64,000 nucleotides of DNA. Source: Dehalococcoidia bacterium. Its GTDB lineage: Bacteria > Chloroflexota > Dehalococcoidia > UBA2979. This document shows, piece by piece, positions 38,288 to 47,838 of this stretch (positions within the stretch are counted from its first letter, which is position 1; each line of letters begins with the position of its first letter). The notes below the pieces were generated by a model. That model did no database searches. It saw only the letters and a list, made by a program, of their open reading frames with translations, and was not told where the DNA came from. The stretch is from assembly GCA_963667465.2 (NCBI GenBank), contig CAXXDN010000002.1, positions 192,001 to 256,000 on the forward strand, written 5' to 3'. The position numbers and the translations under genes were made by a program.

Positions 38288-39522
38288 ATCACGCCGTCCT
38301 CGTGCAGCTGCTCGACCTCGCTGCTGTCGAGGCCGAGCAACTCGCCGAAGACGTACTCGTTGTGCTCGCCGAGGCAGGGCGCGCCGCGCTTGAGCTGCCA
38401 ATCCGTCTCGCTCAGATGCGCGGGCAGGCCGTCGACGCGGACGCGGCCCAGCTCCGTGTGCGTGACCTCGGGCCAGAGGCCCCAGGCGGCCGTGCTCGGG
38501 TCGTGGTCGATGCGATCCTCGGGGCGCGCGACGGCGGCCGCGGGCACGCCGGCCGCCCGCAGCCGCGCGGCCGTCTCGAAGGCGTCCCGCTCGCCGGTCC
38601 ACGCTGCGAGCAGCTCGTCGAGCGGGGCCTCATGCTCGCGGCGCGCCTCGAGGCTGGCGAAGCGCGGGTCGTCGGTCCACGGATCGGCGACGACGGTTGC
38701 GAGGGCGCGCCAGTCCTGCTCGTTGCGGCAGGCGATGGCGATCCAGTTGTCCTCGCCGGCAGCGGGGTAGATCGCGTGCGGCGACATCGGCGGCCACTCG
38801 CTGTGGTTCGAGTCGGGCCGGCCGTCGCGGCGCGTCGGGCGTCCGTTGGCGCTGTAGTCGAGGATTGCCGGTCCGGTCAGCGTCGCGCCTGCCTCGGTGC
38901 AGGCCATATCCACCCACTGGCCCTCGCCGGTGACGTTGCGATGGTGCAGCGCGGCGAGCAGGCCGATCGCCATGTAGTAGGCGCCCGTGTGGTCCATGTA
39001 GGAGTAGCCCCAGCCGGCGGGCGGCTGGTCACGCAGCTTCGAGGTCCACGTCAGTCCGGAGATCGCCTGCACGAGCGGCCCCCAGGTCTTGAAGTCGCGG
39101 TAGGGGCCACTGCTGCCGAAACCGCTGTTCGAGACGTAGACGATGTCCGGCTTCAGCTCGCGTAGCTGCTCGTAGCCGAAGCCCAGCCGCTTCATCACGC
39201 CGGCCGAGAAATTCTCCGTCACCGCGTCGGAGCTGCGCACGAGGTCGCGCAGCAGCTCCTTGCCGCGCTCCGTGCGGAGGTTGAGCGTGATGCCCAGCTT
39301 CTCCGTGTTGTGGTTGTTGAAGGAGCCACCCAGGTTGATGCCGCGCCGCTCGTCGGGGTAGGGCGGCTGCCCGCGCAGGATGTCCCAGCGCCCCTCGTTC
39401 ACGGGATCCTCGATGCGGATCACCTCGGCGCCGAAGGCCGCGAGGGCGCGCGTCGCGCCCGCGCCGGCGAGCTGGCCGGTGAAGTCGCAGATCCGGTAGT
39501 TGGCGAGCGCCCGCTCCATCAC
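38284..39522 (-). CDS. Family III CoA-transferase
   Basis: Motifs FGAEVIRIE, ENFSAG, YSYMDHTGA (catalytic Asp). Confidence 0.92.
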   Translation of the reverse strand: MMERALANYRICDFTGQLAGAGATRALAAFGAEVIRIEDPVNEGRWDILRGQPPYPDERRGINLGGSFNNHNTEKLGITLNLRTERGKELLRDLVRSSDAVTENFSAGVMKRLGFGYEQLRELKPDIVYVSNSGFGSSGPYRDFKTWGPLVQAISGLTWTSKLRDQPPAGWGYSYMDHTGAYYMAIGLLAALHHRNVTGEGQWVDMACTEAGATLTGPAILDYSANGRPTRRDGRPDSNHSEWPPMSPHAIYPAAGEDNWIAIACRNEQDWRALATVVADPWTDDPRFASLEARREHEAPLDELLAAWTGERDAFETAARLRAAGVPAAAVARPEDRIDHDPSTAAWGLWPEVTHTELGRVRVDGLPAHLSETDWQLKRGAPCLGEHNEYVFGELLGLDSSEVEQLHEDGVI

Positions 39523-39661
39523 ATGCCCTTCGCGGCTCCTGCGGTGCGGGCGTCATGGTAACGGCGGCGTCCTCTCCGGGGGACCAGGAAGGCCACGGCG
39601 TTCCGCATCGTGAGGCGCCGCGAAGCGCCCTCGCTGGTTGCCGTTCGGGCGGGTGGCGGGG

Positions 39662-41767
39662 CTAGCTGAACGGGGCGCGAGCCAGCAACTCGGCGTGCAC
39701 GCCGGGCCGCGGGCACTGCGGATCGCGCTCCCACGCGGCGTCGCGCAGCTCCCAGCCCTGGCGGCGGTCGGCGAGCTGGGAGTCGAGCACGTTCTGCAGC
39801 TGTTCGCGCAGGTCGTCCTGGCGGATCGGCGTGAGGATCTCGATCCGCTCGTCCAGGTTGCGCTCCATCAGGTCGGCGCTGCCGATGAAGTACTCGGGGG
39901 CGCCGTCGTTCTCGAAGTAGTAGATGCGCGCGTGCTCGAGGAAGCGGCCGACGACGCTGACGACGCGCACCCGCTCGCTCAGCCCCTCGATGCCGGGGCG
40001 CAGGCGGCAGATGCCGCGCACGATCAGGTCGACCTGCACGCCGGCCTGCGCCGCCTCGTAGAGCAGGCGGGTGAAGCGGGCGTCCTCGAGGGCGTTCATC
40101 TTGAAGATCACGCGCGCCGGCCGGCCGTTGCGCGCATGCTCGAGCTCGCGCCGCACCCGCTGCTCGAAGTCGCGCCGCAGCGTGGTGGGCGCGACGACGA
40201 GGTGGTCCGTCACCGGCCGCGCCGACGACCCCGTGAGGTGGTTGAAGACCGTCACGAGGTCCGAGCAGATGCCGTGGTCGGACGTGAACAGGCCGAGGTC
40301 GCTGTAAATCCGCGCCGTGGCGGAGTTGTAGTTCCCTGTCCCGATGTGCGCATAGAGCCGCAGCTCCGATTCCTCCTCGCGGACGACGAGGCAGGTCTTG
40401 CTGTGCACCTTCAGCGCCGGTGAGCCGTAGGCGATGTGCACCCCCGCCTGCTCGAGGCGGTGCGTCCACTCGATGTTGTTCGCCTCGTCGAAGCGCGCCG
40501 AGAGCTCGACGACGACGGCGACCTGCTTGCCCTTGCCCGCTGCGTCGATGAGCGACTCCAGCACGGGCGAGTCCGGCGAGGTGCGGTACAGCGTCTGCTT
40601 GATCGCGAGCACCCGCGGGTCCTGCGCAGCGGCCTCGACGAAGCGCGCGACCGTCGCGTCGAAGGATTCATACGGGTGGGAGACCATCACGTCCCGCTCG
40701 CGCAGCAGCGCGAACAGTGCGTGGTGGTCCTCGATGTTGGCGAACGAGGAGGGGACGGCCGGGGTGAACGGAGGCATCGCGAGATCGGGCCGCGGCAGCG
40801 TGCCGATCTGCATCAGGTCGTCCTTGCCGATCAGGTCGTCGATCTCGATCACGTCGGACTCGTCGAGATCGAGCTCGTCGAGCAGCAGCCGGCGGTGTGC
40901 GGCCGGCAGCGCGGCGGGAGCCTCGAGGGCGACGGCGGACGCGAGCCGCCGCTGCTCGAGCTGGCTCTCGATCAGCTCTCGCAAGTCCGCCGCGGCCTCG
41001 CCCGGCTCGCCGATGTCGGCGCTGCGGAGCACGCGCACCATGTTCCAGCCGCGCACCTCGACGCCGTTGAAGAGCAGGTGCAGGAAGGCCCCGATCACCT
41101 CCTCGATCGGCACGAGGCGCCCGTCGCCGATCTCGATGAAGCGCGGGCGGTTGGGCGGCACCTTGACGCGGGCGAAACGCCCGCTGCTGCTGCCGGGGTC
41201 CGCCAGTTCGATCACCAGCGAGAGGCTGCCGCCCGAGATGAACGGGAACGGGTGCGCCGGATCGACGACCAGCGGTGTCAGCACCGGCAGGATCATGCGC
41301 TCGAAGTGCTCGCCCAGTTCTGCCTGCTCGGCCTCGTTGAGCGAGTCGAAGCTGACGATGCGAACCTCGGCGGCCGCGAGGGCGGGGCGTAGCTCGCGCA
41401 TCCACAGCTCGTCGGTCGCGTGGCGCATTGCCGCGCAGCGCTCTTTCGCCTGCGTCAGCTGCTCGGCGACGGTGAGGCCGTCCACGGTGCGGCGGGCGGG
41501 GTTCGTGCGCAGCAGGCGCTGCAGCCAGCCGATCCGCTTCTCGTAGAACTCGTCGAGGTTGCTGTTGGTGATGGCGACGAACTTGACGCGCTCGAGCAGC
41601 GGGTTGCGCGGATCCTGCGCCTCTGCCAGCACGCGGTCGTTGAAGTCCAGCCAGCTCAACTCGCGGTTGAGGTAGAGCCGCGCGTCGTCGAGGTCCAGCG
41701 CGGCCGCGCTGCGCGTGTCAGCGCGCGCTCCGGCGGCAGCCCGTGCGGCCTGGGGAGTACTTGTCAT
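39662..41767 (-). CDS. ppk1: Polyphosphate kinase 1
   Basis: Motifs NRELSWLDFNDRVL, AHPFPFI, HPYESF, KQTLYRT, LKVHSK, GRFLEH, SADLM.RN. Confidence 0.97.
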   Translation of the reverse strand: MTSTPQAARAAAGARADTRSAAALDLDDARLYLNRELSWLDFNDRVLAEAQDPRNPLLERVKFVAITNSNLDEFYEKRIGWLQRLLRTNPARRTVDGLTVAEQLTQAKERCAAMRHATDELWMRELRPALAAAEVRIVSFDSLNEAEQAELGEHFERMILPVLTPLVVDPAHPFPFISGGSLSLVIELADPGSSSGRFARVKVPPNRPRFIEIGDGRLVPIEEVIGAFLHLLFNGVEVRGWNMVRVLRSADIGEPGEAAADLRELIESQLEQRRLASAVALEAPAALPAAHRRLLLDELDLDESDVIEIDDLIGKDDLMQIGTLPRPDLAMPPFTPAVPSSFANIEDHHALFALLRERDVMVSHPYESFDATVARFVEAAAQDPRVLAIKQTLYRTSPDSPVLESLIDAAGKGKQVAVVVELSARFDEANNIEWTHRLEQAGVHIAYGSPALKVHSKTCLVVREEESELRLYAHIGTGNYNSATARIYSDLGLFTSDHGICSDLVTVFNHLTGSSARPVTDHLVVAPTTLRRDFEQRVRRELEHARNGRPARVIFKMNALEDARFTRLLYEAAQAGVQVDLIVRGICRLRPGIEGLSERVRVVSVVGRFLEHARIYYFENDGAPEYFIGSADLMERNLDERIEILTPIRQDDLREQLQNVLDSQLADRRQGWELRDAAWERDPQCPRPGVHAELLARAPFS

Positions 41768-41847
41768 GGCTCACACAGGATACATATTTTCGTGAACGTT
41801 CGAGGGGCTCCGGCGTGCTATGCGCCGAGCGCGACCAGCAAGCGGGC

Positions 41848-42996
41848 CTAGCCGCGGCCGAGCAAGGCGGCGTCGGTGAAGAGGGCGCCGGCGCCGTGGT
41901 TGGTCACCATCGCCACCTCGGCGTCCTCGATCTGGTTGTAGTGGGCGGTGCCGCGCAGCTGGCGGACGGCGGAGACCACGCGCTGCAGGAGCTGCGCCGT
42001 CCCCGCGTGGCAGAAGGACATCGTCCCGCCGTCGGTGACGATCGGGAACTCGCCACCCGGCCGGATCCGGCCGTCCATCACAAAGGGGCCGCCCTCGCCC
42101 AGCTCGCAGAACCCGTAGGCCTCGAACTGGCGGATCAGCTCGAACGAGAATGGGTCGTAGAACTCGCACACGTCCACGTCCGAGGGTTGCAGCCCGGCCA
42201 TCGCAAAGGCCTTCTTCGCGGCCCAGGCGCCGACATCGCCGACGCGGTCCCAGATCGGCGCCATGTGGTAGGCGGGTCCGCGCCGGTCGAGTCCCCCGCC
42301 GAGCACGCGCACCAGCGGAACATCGAGATCACGCGCTCGCTCGACGGTGGTGAGCACGAGGCCGGCGCCGCCCTCGGCGGTCATTGCGCAGTCCAGCAGG
42401 TGGAACGGGTCGGCGACCATGCGCGAGTTGAGCACGTCCTCGGGCGTGATCACCTGGCCGCTGTAGACGGCGTCCGGGTTGCGGCCGCCGTTCGTGCGGA
42501 TCGTCGAGGCGACCTCGGCGAGGTGCTCGGGCTTCGTGTCGTAGAGGTACATGTGCCGCTGGGCGATCAGCGCGAACTCGGCAGCCGTGTAGAGCCCGAA
42601 GCACTCCACGAACTCGTTGCTCGGCCGGGTCCATGGCGCGGTCGAGGGACGAACCGAGTAGGCGCCCGCCTGGCCGTTCGCGATCACCACCGTCTGGCAG
42701 AAGCCCGTGGCGATCGCCGCGGCCGCCTCGAGGACCGACGAGACGCCGACGAGCGCTCCGCCCGTCCAGCTCGGGCGCCCGCCCAGCATGTGGACGAAGT
42801 GCGTCTGGGCTGCCGGCTCCATGCTGGCCAGCACGTTGACGCCGTCGACCTCGGACCCGTCGATCCCCGCGTCGGCCAGCGCGCCACGCATCGCGTCGAC
42901 CGTGACCGAGAGCGAGGTCTCGCCCTCGAGGTGACGCGCGACCTTCGTGTTGTAGGCCCCGACGATCGCGACCTGATGGAGCGGCGAAGCGGTCAT
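41848..42996 (-). CDS. Thiolase-family protein (SCP2/Ltp2-type)
   Basis: Motifs RMVADPFHLLDC, EGGAGLVLT, EFYDPF, TDGG. No N-terminal catalytic Cys. Confidence 0.88.
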   Translation of the reverse strand: MTASPLHQVAIVGAYNTKVARHLEGETSLSVTVDAMRGALADAGIDGSEVDGVNVLASMEPAAQTHFVHMLGGRPSWTGGALVGVSSVLEAAAAIATGFCQTVVIANGQAGAYSVRPSTAPWTRPSNEFVECFGLYTAAEFALIAQRHMYLYDTKPEHLAEVASTIRTNGGRNPDAVYSGQVITPEDVLNSRMVADPFHLLDCAMTAEGGAGLVLTTVERARDLDVPLVRVLGGGLDRRGPAYHMAPIWDRVGDVGAWAAKKAFAMAGLQPSDVDVCEFYDPFSFELIRQFEAYGFCELGEGGPFVMDGRIRPGGEFPIVTDGGTMSFCHAGTAQLLQRVVSAVRQLRGTAHYNQIEDAEVAMVTNHGAGALFTDAALLGRG

Positions 42997-43121
42997 GTGC
43001 CTCCAAACGGCGCCTCAGGCGCGGCTGCGGCTTGTCCGTGGGCGATTCTAGCGGACGCGGAGTCGGCGGGGCTGCGCACCGCATCGCGCTGTATCCTGAG
43101 ATCGAGGCCCGGCGCCCACGC

Positions 43122-43197
43122 GCCCTCGTAGCTCAGTGGACAGAGCAGCGGACTTCTAATCCGCGGGTCGCAGGTTCGAATCCTGCCGAGGGCGCCA
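43122..43197 (+). tRNA. tRNA-Arg (anticodon TCT)
   Basis: Acceptor stem GCCCTCG/CGAGGGC-G-CCA, D-arm GCTC/GAGC, anticodon arm GCGGA-CTTCTAA-TCCGC, T-loop TTCGAAT. Confidence 0.97.
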
Positions 43198-43255
43198 TGC
43201 CTCGCAGGCGGCGCCGTCCGCGTTGCGTGCCCTTGGGGCCGCCGGCGCGGTTCCG

Positions 43256-44029
43256 CTACAGGATCTGCGAGAGGAAGAGCTTCGTCCGGTCCTCGGTCGG
43301 GTTCTCGAAGAAGTGCTGCGGCGTGCCCTGCTCGACCAGCGCGCCCTCGTCGAAGAACACGAGCCGGTCGGCGACCTCGCGAGCGAAGCCCATCTCGTGC
43401 GTGACGACGATCATCGTCATGCCGGAGAGGGCCAGTTCCTTCATCACGTTGAGCACTTCGTTGATCATCTCCGGGTCGAGTGCCGAGGTCGGCTCGTCGA
43501 AGAGCATGATCTTCGGCTGCATCGCCAGCGCGCGCGCAATCGCGACGCGCTGCTGCTGACCGCCGGAGAGTTGCGCGGGGTACTTGTCCGCCTGCTCCGG
43601 GATGCCGACGCGGTCCAGCAGCTGCATTGCCAGGTCCTGGGCCTCCAGTTTCGGCATGTGCCGCACCTTCTGCGGGCCGAGCGTGATGTTGCTGATCACG
43701 GAGAGGTGCGGGAAGAGGTTGAACTGCTGGAACACCATCCCGACCTCGGAGCGGATCGCGTTGAGGTTGCGCACGTCGTCGTTCATCTCGATGCCGTCGA
43801 TCACGATCCGCCCGGAGTCGTGCTCCTCGAGGCGGTTGAGGCAGCGGATGAAGGTGGACTTGCCGGACCCGGAGGGTCCGAGGATGACGACGATCTCGTG
43901 CTCTTTGACGGTGAGCGTCACGTCGTCGAGCGCCTGGAAATCGCCGAACCACTTGTCGACGTTCTCGGCGACGATGATGTCCTCCGCATCGGCGAGGCGC
44001 TCGCCGTTGGAACCGGTGTCGGTAGTCAT
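43256..44029 (-). CDS. aapP: Polar amino acid ABC transporter ATP-binding protein
   Basis: Motifs [37 protein letters not shown]. Confidence 0.9.
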   Translation of the reverse strand: MTTDTGSNGERLADAEDIIVAENVDKWFGDFQALDDVTLTVKEHEIVVILGPSGSGKSTFIRCLNRLEEHDSGRIVIDGIEMNDDVRNLNAIRSEVGMVFQQFNLFPHLSVISNITLGPQKVRHMPKLEAQDLAMQLLDRVGIPEQADKYPAQLSGGQQQRVAIARALAMQPKIMLFDEPTSALDPEMINEVLNVMKELALSGMTMIVVTHEMGFAREVADRLVFFDEGALVEQGTPQHFFENPTEDRTKLFLSQIL

Positions 44030-44050
44030 GTCTGACTCCTTCTCATCAGC

Positions 44051-45292
44051 CTAGCGTTCCCCGACGCCCAAGGTGCGCTCGAGGCGCTGCGAGATGCGGG
44101 ACATCATGAACGCCACCGCCCAGAAGACCAGGGCGACGAACACGTAGACCTCGATGCGGAACGGGGTGAACTCGAACTGTGCGATGGCGGAGTCCGCGTT
44201 CCCCTTCAGTTCACGTAGCGGCAGGATCACCGTGACGAGCGTGGTGTCCTTCCAGATTGCGATTGCCTGGCCGACGATCGGCGGGATCGAGATGCGCAGC
44301 GCCTGCGGCAGGATGATCAGCCGCAGCGATTGGAGCCGGCTGAGGCCCACGGCGTGCGCAGCCTCGTACTGCCCTCGGGGCAGCGCCTGCAGCGCGCCAC
44401 GGATCGACTCGGCCATGTAGGCGCCGGTAAAGACCGCCATGACCACCATGGCCCGGACGATCAGCGCGCCGGGCATCACATCGTCGAGGATGAACAGCGC
44501 CACGAACAGCCAGCCGAGCAGCGGGGCCCCGCGCACGACCTCGATGTAGGTGGTGCAGGTCCAGGAGATGGCCTTCATGCTGGAGGCGCGCCCGAGCGCC
44601 AGCGGGATCGCGATGACCAGGCCCCCCGCGATACCAACCGGCGCGAGGACGAGGTTCAGCACGAAGCCGTCCAGCCGCCGCAGTTCACCACCACCGAACG
44701 CGAGCAGGATCACGAGCGCGAGCGGCAGCGCCGCGGCCAGCAAGCCTCCCACGATGCGGATCTGCAGCGTGCGTTGCGGGCTCGCCTCGCGCGGCAGTCG
44801 AACCGTGACCGCGTAGCTGAGGTACATCATGCCGACCGCAGCGAGGAACCAGAGCGACGACCAGAGCGCCGCGCCGCCGTGCGCCATCAGGAAGAGCACG
44901 AAGGCGCCGGCCATCCCGACGAACAGGTGGTCCTTGCGCCCGAAGCTGGACCAGGTGCCGTAGGTGAGCCCGATCAGCGTGAAGACGAACGCCATGCCAA
45001 CCCAGAGCCGCCACTCATCCTCACGCGGGAATTGACCGGCGAAGAGCAGCCAGCGGTTGTCAGTGATCACCCGCCAGTCGGCGTCGATGAAGACGAACCA
45101 GATCGCGCCGGCGAGCAGCGCGCCGACGAGCCCCAGGGCGACGATGGTGAGGAGCACGCCGTTGCGCGAGGGGAAGAGGTTGCGCCGGATCCACTCGCGC
45201 GTCTTGACGGACCACGGGCGCCCCGCGCGTACGCGGTGCGGCGGCAGCACGATGCGGCCTGGCGGGGGTTGGATGGGCATGCCGGTTGCCAT
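44051..45292 (-). CDS. aapM: Amino acid ABC transporter permease (AapM-like)
   Basis: Motifs WIRRNLF, IEVVRGAPL, AESIRGALQALPRGQYEAA. Confidence 0.85.
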   Translation of the reverse strand: MATGMPIQPPPGRIVLPPHRVRAGRPWSVKTREWIRRNLFPSRNGVLLTIVALGLVGALLAGAIWFVFIDADWRVITDNRWLLFAGQFPREDEWRLWVGMAFVFTLIGLTYGTWSSFGRKDHLFVGMAGAFVLFLMAHGGAALWSSLWFLAAVGMMYLSYAVTVRLPREASPQRTLQIRIVGGLLAAALPLALVILLAFGGGELRRLDGFVLNLVLAPVGIAGGLVIAIPLALGRASSMKAISWTCTTYIEVVRGAPLLGWLFVALFILDDVMPGALIVRAMVVMAVFTGAYMAESIRGALQALPRGQYEAAHAVGLSRLQSLRLIILPQALRISIPPIVGQAIAIWKDTTLVTVILPLRELKGNADSAIAQFEFTPFRIEVYVFVALVFWAVAFMMSRISQRLERTLGVGER

Positions 45293-45301
45293 CGCCGCCC
45301 C

Positions 45302-46501
45302 CTAGACCTCGTGCACCGTGACGCGCGCGTTGAAGAAGTTCATTACGGCAGAGAGCACGAACGAGATCACCATGTAGGTGACGATGATCACGAAGAACAT
45401 CTCCAGCGCGTGGCCGGCCTTGTTCTGCACGATGTTCGCCACGCGGAACAAGTCGTCGTACAGCACGGCGTAGGCGAGCGAGGAGTTCTTGTTGACGTTC
45501 AGGTACTGGTTGGTGACGGACGGGATGATCTGGCGCAGGGCCTGCGGGAGGATGATCAGCGTCAGGCGCTGGTAGCCACTGAGCCCGACGGCGTTTGCTG
45601 CCTCGGTCTGGCCTCGGGGCAGGGCCTGGATGCCGGAGCGCACGATCTCGGCGATGAACGCGCCCGTGTAGAGCGTCAGTCCCGTCACCAGCGCGGCGAA
45701 CTCCGGGTTGATGACTATCCCTTCCTCGTAGTGTGTCCCGCTGATGATCGGCGCGTCGATGCTGACGGGTGCGCCGAGCACCAGGTAGGAGACGACCGCG
45801 CCGGCGGCGAAGACGACAAAGGCCCGGCGGTTCGGGTTGTGCGGTTGGCCAGTCTCGCGCTCCAGTTCCTGCCGCTGCGCCCGTACCCGCATCGCGGCCG
45901 CGGCCGAGATCAGCAGCGCCAACACCCAGATGCCGGCGATCCAGTCGGGGGCGCCCCAGAGGCCGCTGTTCGGGACCGGCGAGGGAAGCGCCAGGCCTCG
46001 CTGCGAAAGGAAGGCGACATCGCCGATCATGATCACGTTCTGGATCTGCGGCAGACCGACGAGGAACACCGAGTAGACCAGCACGACCTGCACGAGCAGG
46101 GGCGTGTTGCGGAAGATCTCGACGAACAGCATCGCGAGCCGCGCGATCAGCCAGTTGTTGGACAGGCGGGCGACCCCGACCACGACGCCGACGATCGTCG
46201 ACAGCGCGATCGCCACCATGATGGCGCGGATCGAGGACCAGACGCCCACGAGGTACATCGTGATCCGCGAGTTGGTGACGCCGTCGACATCGATGACCCA
46301 CTGGTTGGCGACATTGAAGGCGGCCGGATCGTTGAGGAAGGCAAACCCGAACTCGCGCAGATCGAGTGAGACATACACGTACGCGAGGATCAGCGCAGTG
46401 ATCGCGACGTAGACGCCCTGCGTCGCAAAGTCACGGAAGCTACGCCGGTGGATGAGCGGTACGGGTGCGGCGTCGGGCGGGAGCGCTGTCGCCATGGTCA
46501 C
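45302..46501 (-). CDS. aapQ: Amino acid ABC transporter permease (AapQ-like)
   Basis: Motifs ARLSNNWL, EIFRNTPLLVQ, AEIVRSGIQA, NQYLN..KNSSLA. Confidence 0.87.
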   Translation of the reverse strand: MTMATALPPDAAPVPLIHRRSFRDFATQGVYVAITALILAYVYVSLDLREFGFAFLNDPAAFNVANQWVIDVDGVTNSRITMYLVGVWSSIRAIMVAIALSTIVGVVVGVARLSNNWLIARLAMLFVEIFRNTPLLVQVVLVYSVFLVGLPQIQNVIMIGDVAFLSQRGLALPSPVPNSGLWGAPDWIAGIWVLALLISAAAAMRVRAQRQELERETGQPHNPNRRAFVVFAAGAVVSYLVLGAPVSIDAPIISGTHYEEGIVINPEFAALVTGLTLYTGAFIAEIVRSGIQALPRGQTEAANAVGLSGYQRLTLIILPQALRQIIPSVTNQYLNVNKNSSLAYAVLYDDLFRVANIVQNKAGHALEMFFVIIVTYMVISFVLSAVMNFFNARVTVHEV

Positions 46502-46540
46502 CGGCTCACGCCGCCCCGGTGGGACGGTGCAACTTATACA

Positions 46541-46579
46541 TGAGAGGGGCCGCCCCGTTAGGTGGGGCGACCCCTCTCA
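46541..46579. terminator. Intercistronic stem-loop after aapJ (mRNA stabiliser or attenuator)
   Basis: TGAGAGGGGCCGCCCC...GGGGCGACCCCTCTCA. Confidence 0.6.
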
Positions 46580-46610
46580 GCCTACTCCCTCTGTCTAGCC
46601 CGCTGACGAC

Positions 46611-47693
46611 CTAGCGGTACGGCAGCGCGTAGAGGACTCCGCCTTCGCCCGGCGGGCAGTCGACGGACTTGTCGATTGCCAGCGCGTTGAGCGTGCAAGC
46701 GCGCGGGATGTTATCGCCGATCGTCCGAGCGTAGATCTCGCCGTAGTTACCGACGGCGGCGATTGCTCGCTGGATGAACTGAGCGTCGACCGAGTCGAAG
46801 CCCAGCGCCGAAACCGAGCCGCCCTCGAAGGGCACGCCCAGCAGGCGCGCGATCTCGGTGTTCGGCGGGCTCGCGACCATGCCGGCCACGTTCGCCTGCG
46901 TGATGCCGAGTTCCTCGGCTGCGATCAGGCCGTGAACGACCCAGTTGACCACGTCCTTCCACTCGCTGTCGTAGTCGCGGACGCCAGGCGCCAGCGGCTC
47001 CTTCGAGATGATCTGCGGAAGGATCTTGTAGTCGGCGGCGTCGTCCCGCACCGCGATGCGCGACGCAAGGTCCGAAGCGTCCGCAGTCAGCACGTCACAG
47101 CGGCCGGTGAAGAAGGCGTCAGCCACGTCCTGGCTGAGGCCGCCCAGCGGGCTGTACTCCAGGCCGATGTCCGTGAAGTGGTCCGCCACGTTCTGCTCGG
47201 TCGTCGTGCCGGTCTGCACGCAGATCGCAGCCTCGCCCATGTCGGACGTCGTGTCGATGCCCGAGTCGGTGCGGACTGCGAAGCCCTGGCCCGTGTAGAA
47301 CGTCGTCTGCGCGAAGTCGACAGCCAGCTCGCGGTCACGCGAGGCGGTGATCGTCGTCGTGCGGATCAGTACGTCAATTTCCTGGTCGGCGAGCAGCTCG
47401 AAGCGCGTCGACGCGTCCGAGGCGTCCACGTACTCAACGGCGTTCGCGTCGCCGAGCGTCGCGGCTGCGATCGCCTTGCAGAACTCGATGTCGAAGCCGG
47501 TGACCGAGCCGTCGGCCTCCTTGAAGCCGAACAGTGGCTGGGTCTGCTTCACGCCGCAGAGCAACTCCCCGCGGTCCTGGACTGTTGCGACCGTGTTGCC
47601 GGCCTCTGCTCCGCTGTCGCCCTCGTCGTCCTCACAGGCGACGGCGAGCCCCAGCGCAAACAGCGCCAGGATCAGTAGTGTCAGTCTCTTCAT
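46611..47693 (-). CDS. aapJ: General L-amino acid ABC transporter substrate-binding lipoprotein
   Basis: Lipobox AVAC, RGELLCGV, GFDIEFCKAIAAA, ISKEPL, VGNYGEIY. Confidence 0.9.
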   Translation of the reverse strand: MKRLTLLILALFALGLAVACEDDEGDSGAEAGNTVATVQDRGELLCGVKQTQPLFGFKEADGSVTGFDIEFCKAIAAATLGDANAVEYVDASDASTRFELLADQEIDVLIRTTTITASRDRELAVDFAQTTFYTGQGFAVRTDSGIDTTSDMGEAAICVQTGTTTEQNVADHFTDIGLEYSPLGGLSQDVADAFFTGRCDVLTADASDLASRIAVRDDAADYKILPQIISKEPLAPGVRDYDSEWKDVVNWVVHGLIAAEELGITQANVAGMVASPPNTEIARLLGVPFEGGSVSALGFDSVDAQFIQRAIAAVGNYGEIYARTIGDNIPRACTLNALAIDKSVDCPPGEGGVLYALPYR

Positions 47694-47747
47694 GGAACCT
47701 CCTCGTTTCGGGAGTCATTCTGACTTCCTGCCCAATTATGGGAGAAG

Positions 47748-47777
47748 ATGATAGAAACCGCGACGGCTGGCGGTCAA
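47748..47777 (-). promoter_or_regulatory. Candidate sigma70 promoter of the aap operon
   Basis: TTGACC-18 nt-TATCAT on the minus strand. Confidence 0.55.
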
Positions 47778-47838
47778 ACAGCCCAAACGGGCTCCTGGGC
47801 GGTTGAGACGCGCGGGTCGGGCCGCGTACGCACGAACC

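Noticed and set aside
43122-47700. Genomic island integrated at tRNA-Arg
   Set aside because: No integrase and no duplicated tRNA 3' end were seen. The downstream genes are an ordinary ABC transporter.
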